DNA of 5,181 nucleotides from a virus (Duplodnaviria; Heunggongvirae; Uroviricota; Caudoviricetes): IMG/VR virus record IMGVR_UViG_2529292728_000029; one strand, 5' to 3'. Shown piece by piece: positions 1 to 5,181 of this stretch (position 1 is its first letter; each line of letters starts with the position of its first letter). The notes under the pieces were generated by a model. It saw only the letters and a program-made list of their open reading frames with translations, ran no database searches and was not told where the DNA came from. The position numbers and the translations under genes were made by a program.

Positions 1-142
1 GCGCGATACGCTCTTTTGTTTCTGGCGAGTTGAATGTGTCTCGTACCGACTGAATGACGTAATTTCGGTTGTTCTGCGGTGTGTGTTTGCGGATTTTCTC
101 TACCAGGGAGAAGCGATCCGTAACAGTATTCAGTGATTGCAT
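1..142 (-). CDS. hypothetical protein, N-terminal part only (gene continues past the left edge)
   Basis: ATG at 140-142 (minus strand) preceded by GGAGGG Shine-Dalgarno (plus-strand CCCTCC at 148-153, 5-nt spacer). Frame is open for 47 codons to the window edge (MQSLNTVTDRFSLVEKIRKHTPQNNRNYVIQSVRDTF...). Starts 13 nt after the TAA stop (156-158) of the upstream gene. Absent from the supplied ORF track because it is truncated. Confidence 0.55.
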   Translation of the reverse strand, partial: MQSLNTVTDRFSLVEKIRKHTPQNNRNYVIQSVRDTFNSPETKERIA

Positions 143-147
143 TATTT

Positions 148-153
148 CCCTCC
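148..153 (-). promoter_or_regulatory. Shine-Dalgarno GGAGGG for the truncated left-edge gene
   Basis: Plus-strand CCCTCC at 148-153, 5 nt upstream (minus sense) of ATG at 140-142. Confidence 0.6.
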
Positions 154-155
154 GG

Positions 156-1544
156 TTAATTGCTCATCACAAATTTTGCAAAGTTTATTAACTGTTCTGG
201 CGTCCAGTTTTCCGGATCGTCACCGGACGACAACGGCGCGGATTCGTACATACCATGCTCGCTGTTTTGCTCTGATTCATTCGCCTTAAACTCTTTGATC
301 ATGGTGTTGAGAGTGTCATCGTCGATGTGCAACTGCTCGGTGAACAGATAACGCATAAACGCGTCACTACCAGCCAGTTTTGGGTTGTTCTGGATCTGGT
401 CCATAATTTGGGAGATGACAGCAACAAAGTTGGCGCGTGCATCCAGTTCTCGGTTTTCCTCTTCCTGGATAGCAGTGTTCATTGAGTTGAATTGCACGTC
501 GTAAGGGCGGTTTGTTTCGGTGTAAACCTTGCCGTATTTATAAGCGAGGTGAATGTCCAGAAGCCGATAAATAGTTCGCTGGGCGGCCTGTCTGATCCAA
601 TTCGCACGTAATGCAGCCTGGATAGCAGTTTGTTGCCACCCTCCCTCTCCAAGCCCGCCACTCATTTGATCTGCCCAACCGAGCATCGTGGCGTCAATGC
701 CTAAACTGGCCGCTAACTGACGAAGATGAAACATAACGTCTTCAATTCCGCTGATATCTGCGGGTATAGACTGCGTATCAATAGTGATGCCGTTCTTCCC
801 GTCTCCCATAACAGGTATCAGATGGTTAAGCACAGTCGGAATAGCGTTGGCATTAATCGACCTTTGCGCCACCAGGTCACTATGACGCTTCAATGCCTGG
901 CTGACGCCACGCGTATAGTTCGCCGCATTAACCGGGTCCAGTGTGTTCGTCGTAAGAGCAATCAGGCGGTCAATTTTGGCTGCATTATTTCGCGTTGATT
1001 TCAGCGCGGCGAGCGAAGCACATAAATTAAGGTAAGGTTCATAGCTGTATTCCAGGAATGAAGTTCCGTAATTCTGCGTCTCCATTAACGGCTTATCAGC
1101 CTGATCACTTAACAGTGAGTACCCTTTTGTGCCGTAGCTAACCGGAATAACTTTATGCTGTGGCGTCCAATAGGGATTTTTCATGGAAACCAGATTCCAC
1201 GGTTCGGTTATTACTCTGCGCAAGCTATGCGTATCCAGGATGTAATCACCACTGAATCCAACCAACTGGCTACCACGATAAAACTCCTGGACGAAGTGTG
1301 GCAGAGTGTAATAACTGGACTCAATGCCTGTTATCCCCCTGCCCTGTTCAGCATAAGGTCGGACATAAGACACCCCAAAGATAGCCATAATCATGGCCCA
1401 TGAAGGAAGTCCGTCATTAATCATCGCCCCCAAATCAGCGGTTAACTCTTCACATCTACTTACTGCCTCGGCATCGGAACCATCCTTTGGCGAAAGGATG
1501 AATGCTTGTCCGGTTTTTTTTTGAAGGCGCAAGCGCATGTGCAA
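156..1544 (-). CDS. large hypothetical protein (462 aa as drawn); possibly a phage head/portal-type morphogenesis protein, family not established
   Basis: Longest ORF in the window, minus strand, stop TAA at 156-158. The drawn start at 1544 is TTG with no SD. In-frame ATGs at 1536-1538 and 1422-1424 are alternative starts. The first ~40 codons overlap the upstream 127-aa ORF across an A9 tract, so the true N-terminus is uncertain. No Walker A, methyltransferase or nuclease motif seen. Portal-like assignment is a guess from size, operon context and a vague remembered resemblance; unverified. Confidence 0.75.
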   Translation of the reverse strand: MHMRLRLQKKTGQAFILSPKDGSDAEAVSRCEELTADLGAMINDGLPSWAMIMAIFGVSYVRPYAEQGRGITGIESSYYTLPHFVQEFYRGSQLVGFSGDYILDTHSLRRVITEPWNLVSMKNPYWTPQHKVIPVSYGTKGYSLLSDQADKPLMETQNYGTSFLEYSYEPYLNLCASLAALKSTRNNAAKIDRLIALTTNTLDPVNAANYTRGVSQALKRHSDLVAQRSINANAIPTVLNHLIPVMGDGKNGITIDTQSIPADISGIEDVMFHLRQLAASLGIDATMLGWADQMSGGLGEGGWQQTAIQAALRANWIRQAAQRTIYRLLDIHLAYKYGKVYTETNRPYDVQFNSMNTAIQEEENRELDARANFVAVISQIMDQIQNNPKLAGSDAFMRYLFTEQLHIDDDTLNTMIKEFKANESEQNSEHGMYESAPLSSGDDPENWTPEQLINFAKFVMSN

Positions 1545-1839
1545 TGTGAATGTTTAAAGCCGTCGAGATAGTCGGGCTTTTAGCCATCGTTTCCAGGATG
1601 TTGTACTTTTGCAGGCGCTCGCCGGGCAGTTCAGCGGATAAAGAAATTGAATCTGCTGCACTCGTCATGCCATCGCTGTTGCTCCCCAGTATACCTGGAC
1701 GTAAAGCAGACAGGCCGGAACGAGCAACGACACTATGCCCGCTCGTAAAAACGACCGGATCGGCGGGCGTAACATCACCACCGTTGAAGGCTTTCTTCAA
1801 TGCTGACAGAAAGCCTTTGTTTTTGTCTTTCGTTGCCAT
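1456..1839 (-). CDS. hypothetical Ser/Ala/Gly-rich protein (127 aa as drawn); may instead be the N-terminal part of the downstream 462-aa gene
   Basis: ATG at 1837-1839 preceded by GGTGA (plus-strand TCACC at 1843-1847). Lys-rich N-terminus then S/A/G-rich sequence. The last ~20 residues after the A9 tract (NRTSIHPFAKGWFRCRGSK) look out-of-frame, whereas the overlapping frame of the 462-aa ORF looks protein-like. Confidence 0.55.
   Translation of the reverse strand: MATKDKNKGFLSALKKAFNGGDVTPADPVVFTSGHSVVARSGLSALRPGILGSNSDGMTSAADSISLSAELPGERLQKYNILETMAKSPTISTALNIHIAHALAPSKKNRTSIHPFAKGWFRCRGSK
1514..1522. repeat. T9/A9 homopolymer in the overlap of the 127-aa and 462-aa ORFs
   Basis: Plus-strand TTTTTTTTT at 1514-1522. 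Read as ...SKKN... in the 127-aa frame and ...QKKT... in the 462-aa frame. Confidence 0.9.
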
Positions 1840-1923
1840 GAATCACCGCAAATTGTTTCCAGTTTCGCGGCAGCATAATCAGTATGTGATTTGATAGGAG
1901 AGTTTTATTGGTGCTGTTAATGA

Positions 1924-2256
1924 TTACTTACACGCTTCCCTGCCCACATAGTCAGCGATGGAACCACTTACAATCCCCCCCATTTTGGGATCAGGTTTTG
2001 AATTTTTCATCTGTTCAAGCGTCTCCCCAGAACCAAGATACTTCACTTCATTTGTCATGCAATTATATATTCTCTTCGAATATGCTGTCCCAGATGGGCC
2101 TTCCCTTTTTGTAATGATAGTTTTATATTCACCTTCACGACCAATATCCAGCACTGTATAAGTAGCTTTTGGATCAGAAGGGATTTTTATCTTATAGGGC
2201 GCAGCACAAACTGATGCAGAAGCTAATAAAGCACAAACCAGGATTATATTTCTCAT
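1924..2256 (-). CDS. small secreted (Sec signal peptide) hypothetical protein, 110 aa
   Basis: ATG at 2254-2256 with GGAG SD (plus-strand CTCC at 2264-2267, 7-nt spacer). N-terminus MRNIILVCALLASASVCA/APYK has a basic n-region, hydrophobic core and V-x-A signal-peptidase I site; no lipobox. Mature part is hydrophilic with two Cys (possible disulfide). AT-rich gene. No family recognised. Confidence 0.8.
   Translation of the reverse strand: MRNIILVCALLASASVCAAPYKIKIPSDPKATYTVLDIGREGEYKTIITKREGPSGTAYSKRIYNCMTNEVKYLGSGETLEQMKNSKPDPKMGGIVSGSIADYVGREACK
1975..1981. repeat. C7/G7 homopolymer inside the secreted-protein gene
   Basis: Plus-strand CCCCCCC at 1975-1981 gives minus-strand ATG GGG GGG ATT (K-M-G-G-I), about 18 codons before the stop. 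Confidence 0.9.
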
Positions 2257-2300
2257 AACTATACTCCATGTTATAAATTATCAAAGCTAAGTAAGTAAAA

Positions 2301-2858
2301 CTAATCTGGATCAACAATAAGTTGTGAAACCTTCGCTGCAAGTCTTATATAGCGTTCAGCTTCATTTCTGGTGATTTCAAAATCCAGAAAGTGCGCGGCT
2401 TCATTTCTTAGCGAGCGAAGCCGTTTTAACAGCAAAGCAGCGGAATCTTCAAGTTTTCCTTCTTGAATCAACCAGTCAATGAATAGTTCTGGATTCCGTT
2501 TCGGCTTTAACCCTCCCTGTATAAAACCAGAGCGCCCGGCAGCCTCCTCTACCATCAACCATGACTCCATAATAGCAGCTCTAGGTGAAAAATCAGCAAT
2601 TCTCTCTAATTGTGCGATTTTATTTATATATTCAGAGTTATTATTACCATTGTTAATATTTCTATTCCCAACTGATGCATCTGTTGCTAATACTTCTGCT
2701 GCGGTTAGTCCCGCATTAAACTCAGCTTCAGCTACTCCAATCTTGAATCTACTCAGACGTACTATTAACTCCTTAATATCAACCCCATACTTATTAACAA
2801 ACCACACAAACACCAATGGCCATGCAAGAGCTGAAACCAAATCTGTAAATGATGACAT
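2301..2858 (-). CDS. membrane-anchored protein with C-terminal HEPN-like domain (Rx4H motif RNEAAH); predicted RNase-type toxin/abortive-infection effector, 185 aa
   Basis: ATG at 2856-2858; stop TAG at 2301-2303. Residues 7-21 (LVSALAWPLVFVWFV, nt ~2796-2840) form a hydrophobic helix followed by a K/R-rich stretch (positive-inside, so C-terminus cytoplasmic). Asn-rich low-complexity linker (GNRNINNGNNNS, nt ~2634-2669). Near the C-terminus R151-N-E-A-A-H156 (nt 2391-2408) matches the HEPN Rx4-6H signature with the usual polar residue after Arg. Gene is AT-rich. Confidence 0.8.
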   Translation of the reverse strand: MSSFTDLVSALAWPLVFVWFVNKYGVDIKELIVRLSRFKIGVAEAEFNAGLTAAEVLATDASVGNRNINNGNNNSEYINKIAQLERIADFSPRAAIMESWLMVEEAAGRSGFIQGGLKPKRNPELFIDWLIQEGKLEDSAALLLKRLRSLRNEAAHFLDFEITRNEAERYIRLAAKVSQLIVDPD

Positions 2859-2967
2859 CGGTTATCATCATTCATTATATTTTCAGTTAGTTTACATATT
2901 ATTAAACAGGAACAAAAATGAATTATGCGCCCATCTTCAGATATGTGATGAACGCACAGAAAGAGCA
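2859..2967 (-). promoter_or_regulatory. putative promoter region for the HEPN-like gene (sigma70-type -10 TATAAT)
   Basis: AT-rich spacer between the 353-aa stop and the 185-aa start. Minus-strand TATAAT (plus-strand ATTATA at 2874-2879) lies 15 nt upstream of the ATG, implying a very short or leaderless 5' UTR. No good -35 hexamer at 16-18 nt spacing. No obvious SD. Confidence 0.3.
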
Positions 2968-4029
2968 TTAAGTTACATTGATGTTACCCAACAGAGGCTG
3001 GCTCAAACATAGAAAAATTAACCCTTTACCTTCGCCAAACTCAGTCTCAATTTCATCAGAAACGGCAGATAAAATGCTACGCAGATCGACATCTCCGCCG
3101 CCGAACATATCGCCTAACGCTTGTTGTTGGTGAATAAGTTCATCGTTAATTTTTTGCGCCAGTTTCTTGAAAGCGGCCCCCATTCGCTTAGCGCTTCGGT
3201 TGTTGGCAACAATAAACAGAGCAAGCGCTTCTGCTTCCGGAGTGCTATCTCCAAACAATCCACGCTGTGCGATCACCTCTTCTACTGCCTGACCGTTATC
3301 TTTTGCTTCACGAACAAGGTTAATTGCTTCCTGTAGCGCTGCAATAGCCTGTTTATCCAGACCATTCAATTGCTCTATACCGTCTACCAGTCCGGTTACC
3401 GTGTCATGGTGAACATCGCCAGACAGCGACTGCATTTGAGCAAAATCGCTGGCTGCCGTATTTAATGCGATCAGGATATTACGCATTTCCGGATCTGGCT
3501 CTTCCGACACCAGCCGAACAAGCCTTTCATCCTTGTACGCTTTGGCAAAAATTGCATTCTGGATGCGATCGATAAGCTGTTTCGTGGGACGCCCATCGGC
3601 AGTAAGCAAGCCTGCCGTCGCTGTATCGCCAATTTCGCGCAAAAACTCACGAATAAACGCATCATTGGACCGCGCCAGCAGATTTCCATCATCTGAAGGA
3701 TTAAATAGCGCCATGACGCTCTCAGTGAGAAATTGCGCATCCGCATACGCTTTTTCACTTGCTGCCATCTCTTGCAGATCGCTAATGTTTGAATCGCGGG
3801 CAAATTGAGCGCGGTCTACATCTGTGAGTCTTTCTCGCACCAGTACGGGCATAGACATTTGCGAAATTTCGTCAGGATTCAGACCAAACTCTTTCGCATG
3901 GTCGATCAGGTACTGGCGATACTCATCCGCCTGTCCTTGCTCATAGGCACGCCAGATACCCATACTCCTTCCGTTGCCGGATTCAACAACGTTGTCCGGA
4001 CCAACTATCGGCGCTCCGTGGCTGCTCAT
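2968..4029 (-). CDS. hypothetical acidic, probably alpha-helical protein, 353 aa
   Basis: ORF with ATG at 4027-4029 (weak SD). Second in-frame ATG at 3961-3963 is preceded by AAGGAG but only 1 nt away. Stop TAA at 2968-2970. The reading frame stays open upstream of the ATG to a TAA at 4195-4197 without any start codon. Asp/Glu-rich; GEGKG at nt 3022-3036 does not fit a Walker A motif. Family not recognised. Confidence 0.8.
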   Translation of the reverse strand: MSSHGAPIVGPDNVVESGNGRSMGIWRAYEQGQADEYRQYLIDHAKEFGLNPDEISQMSMPVLVRERLTDVDRAQFARDSNISDLQEMAASEKAYADAQFLTESVMALFNPSDDGNLLARSNDAFIREFLREIGDTATAGLLTADGRPTKQLIDRIQNAIFAKAYKDERLVRLVSEEPDPEMRNILIALNTAASDFAQMQSLSGDVHHDTVTGLVDGIEQLNGLDKQAIAALQEAINLVREAKDNGQAVEEVIAQRGLFGDSTPEAEALALFIVANNRSAKRMGAAFKKLAQKINDELIHQQQALGDMFGGGDVDLRSILSAVSDEIETEFGEGKGLIFLCLSQPLLGNINVT

Positions 4030-4415
4030 ACCGGAATCCGTTAATTGTGCCGGGCGTAAATTGGAGGCAATACGGTTAACCTGGAGTTTGCTGGATAGCC
4101 GGGTACGATCTCGTGGTTGGAGTTCTTCCGGGAAGGCCGGGTTAATCGTACCGTCAAGGTTGTTCGAAATGATCAGACTGCTGGCATCAACGCCTTAAAA
4201 GCCGTCTTTACCTCTGCACCTTTGCTGGTGACTACGTAGCTACTTCGCCCCAGGCGTGTTTCTTTCCTCTCTAATGAAGAAACCAGAGCAATGACGCTGT
4301 TAATATCTGTGGCCCCGGAAAGCGCAGAAGTAACTGATTTGTTCAAAATACACTCCAACTATAGAGAAAGCTGTGAGTGTAAAAAGTGTGTGATTTATGT
4401 GAGAACAGATAAGTG

Positions 4416-4438
4416 AAAGGGGCATTTCAGCCCCTTTT
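4416..4438. terminator. terminator-like hairpin (possibly bidirectional) just after the 122-aa gene
   Basis: Perfect 8-bp stem AAAGGGGC (4416-4423) / GCCCCTTT (4430-4437) with 6-nt loop ATTTCA. On the plus strand it is followed by a fourth T (4438); on the minus strand by TTT then CACTT. Begins 3 nt after the 122-aa stop codon (4441-4443). Confidence 0.45.
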
Positions 4439-4440
4439 GA

Positions 4441-4809
4441 TTACCCGGCATAACCGTTAGCTTTCACCCAGCTTATGGTCTGCTCTTTAGCCTGCTCCAA
4501 CGTAAGGAACTCGCCAACATAGTTTGAGATCCCACGCAGCGCATCAATAAATTCCATTTGTGTGGACTTTGTGAAGACACCGCCCAGGAAGTCAGTCACT
4601 ATCTTAGGGACTTCATCTACAACAGGATCAGTCTGTTGTTGCGGTTCCGCTGCCGGTTGCGCGGCAGTCCCCAGGCCCAATTTCAGCATCACATCAACAA
4701 TCTGCTTACCTATGGCGACGCGTTGCAATACTGGCGCAGTTTTCTGCGCCTGCATTAGATCTGATAGCTCTTTACCTAATTTCAGGCGGTCTAAAACAGA
4801 GATGGTCAT
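4441..4809 (-). CDS. hypothetical protein, 122 aa
   Basis: ATG at 4807-4809 overlaps the TAA stop (4809-4811) of the upstream gene as TAATG. Strong SD GGAGGTG (plus-strand CACCTCC at 4814-4820) lies inside the end of the upstream gene. Stop TAA at 4441-4443 is followed immediately by a hairpin. Confidence 0.8.
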   Translation of the reverse strand: MTISVLDRLKLGKELSDLMQAQKTAPVLQRVAIGKQIVDVMLKLGLGTAAQPAAEPQQQTDPVVDEVPKIVTDFLGGVFTKSTQMEFIDALRGISNYVGEFLTLEQAKEQTISWVKANGYAG

Positions 4810-4820
4810 TAAGCACCTCC
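4807..4820 (-). promoter_or_regulatory. ribosome-binding site and TAATG stop/start overlap (translational coupling)
   Basis: GGAGGTG then 4 nt then ATG; the upstream stop TAA shares one base with the downstream ATG. Confidence 0.6.
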
Positions 4821-5181
4821 CTGCTGAATTTCAGCCAGAATGTTGATCAGGTAGTCAACTGCTGCACCCACAGTGGCTTCGTTCTCGTCGTATCGACCTG
4901 CACTGATTAGAGCGTTTGCTGCTTCCTGCACATGATCAAGTTCAGCACTGATGACTGTCAGATCGCGGGATGTAAACTGCTCCGGCACGGATTTCAGGTA
5001 CTCCAGCGCTTTATCTGCCTCCTGATCAGCTTCACTTGCTGATTCACCCGCTTCTTCGGGCTTCGGCTCCTGTTCTGGTGCTGGTTGTGGTTGTGGTTGT
5101 GGTTGTGGTTGTGGTTGTGGTTCTGGCTCAACCACATGCTCTGTTTTTACTTCGCTTGAATGATTTTGAAGGGCGTTATAC
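4809..5181 (-). CDS. hypothetical protein with Pro/Glu/Gln-rich linker, C-terminal part only (gene continues past the right edge)
   Basis: The track ORF 4809..5135 begins at an internal GTG. The same frame is open with no stop through 5136-5181 (...YNALQNHSSEVKTEHV-VEPEPQPQ...), so the true start lies outside the window. Contains EPEP(QP)6APEQEPKPEE encoded by a hexanucleotide repeat. Translationally coupled to the 122-aa gene. Confidence 0.75.
   Translation of the reverse strand, partial: YNALQNHSSEVKTEHVVEPEPQPQPQPQPQPQPAPEQEPKPEEAGESASEADQEADKALEYLKSVPEQFTSRDLTVISAELDHVQEAANALISAGRYDENEATVGAAVDYLINILAEIQQGGA
5083..5118. repeat. tandem hexanucleotide repeat (GGTTGT)x6 with degenerate flanking copies, encoding (Pro-Gln)6
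   Basis: Six perfect GGTTGT units at 5083-5118, flanked by degenerate GGTGCT (5077-5082) and GGTTCT (5119-5124). In-frame within the minus-strand CDS (CCA CAA codons). Confidence 0.9.

Larger units (their letters stand above)
1924..2967 (-). other. AT-rich two-gene insertion (moron-like cargo) within an otherwise ~50% G+C operon
   Basis: Hand counts of several 60-nt blocks give about 28-42% G+C inside the two genes versus about 50% in a block of the 353-aa gene (not a full computation). AT-rich 109-bp spacer upstream with a TATAAT. Both genes have weak or absent SD typical of foreign AT-rich genes. Confidence 0.6.

Noticed and set aside
1840-1923. Terminator after the cargo island
   Set aside because: Only a 4-bp CCGC/GCGG stem with a 17-nt loop; no G+C-rich hairpin followed by a T-tract. 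Read-through into the 127-aa and 462-aa genes seems likely.
1924-2256. Secreted 110-aa protein as a MliC/PliC-type lysozyme inhibitor
   Set aside because: Loosely similar motifs (YKTIITK, LGSGE) occur in the wrong order and spacing relative to what I recall for that family.
2937-2948. Imperfect 12-bp palindrome TCAGATATGTGA as an operator
   Set aside because: Only 10 of 12 positions are symmetric, it lies in an AT-rich spacer where such matches arise by chance, and there is no second copy.
3022-3036. GEGKG in the 353-aa protein as a Walker A (P-loop)
   Set aside because: Does not fit GxxxxGK[ST], and it sits at the extreme C-terminus with no Walker B context.
479-3803. Minus-strand ORFs 479..661, 2765..2968 and 3471..3803
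   Set aside because: 479..661 and 3471..3803 are nested in alternative frames within the 462-aa and 353-aa genes; 2765..2968 overlaps the 5' end of the HEPN-like gene and its upstream spacer in another frame. Implausible compositions and no independent start signals.
4162-4170. tRNA T-loop-like GTTCGAAAT
   Set aside because: Flanking sequence cannot form a 5-bp T-stem or an acceptor stem, and position 61 is not C. No tRNA.
4173-4358. 61-aa minus-strand ORF as an independent gene
   Set aside because: Begins with TTG immediately after an in-frame TAG, has no SD, and its only ATG is 9 codons from the stop. Discussed as possible remnant coding sequence rather than annotated as a gene.
160-4846. 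All plus-strand ORFs in the track (160..351, 726..998, 1155..1403, 1550..1894, 1908..2114, 1958..2161, 2479..3012, 3121..3336, 3533..3808, 3805..4044, 3974..4198, 4558..4758, 4562..4846)
   Set aside because: Each lies antisense to a longer, better-supported minus-strand gene. None has a convincing SD, and several translate to Cys/Arg/Ser-rich low-plausibility sequence. Treated as shadow ORFs.
1-5181. CRISPR array, integrase/transposase, att sites, rRNA
   Set aside because: No spaced direct repeats, no recombinase-like ORF and no rRNA-like sequence. The only tandem repeat is the in-frame hexanucleotide at 5083-5118.

Overview
All convincing coding in this 5181-bp window is on the minus strand: eight tightly packed genes (two run off the window edges) with Shine-Dalgarno sites and one TAATG stop/start overlap, typical of a phage, prophage or other mobile-element operon. 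I could not assign any backbone protein to a family by eye; the portal-like reading of the 462-aa protein is an unverified guess. The main finding is an AT-rich two-gene insertion (about 1924-2967) sitting inside this roughly 50% G+C operon. It encodes a 185-aa protein with an N-terminal transmembrane anchor and a C-terminal HEPN-type Rx4H motif (RNEAAH), a predicted membrane-tethered RNase, followed by a 110-aa protein with a Sec signal peptide. I propose this pair as a candidate, possibly undescribed, abortive-infection or superinfection-exclusion module; this is inference from sequence only. Other points worth checking: an A9/T9 homopolymer exactly where the 127-aa and 462-aa ORFs overlap, a G7 tract inside the secreted-protein gene, a roughly 385-bp ORF-poor gap after a terminator-like hairpin, and a (GGTTGT)6 repeat encoding a (Pro-Gln)6 linker. 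No rRNA, tRNA, CRISPR array, integrase or transposase was seen. No database search was possible, so all functional calls are hypotheses.
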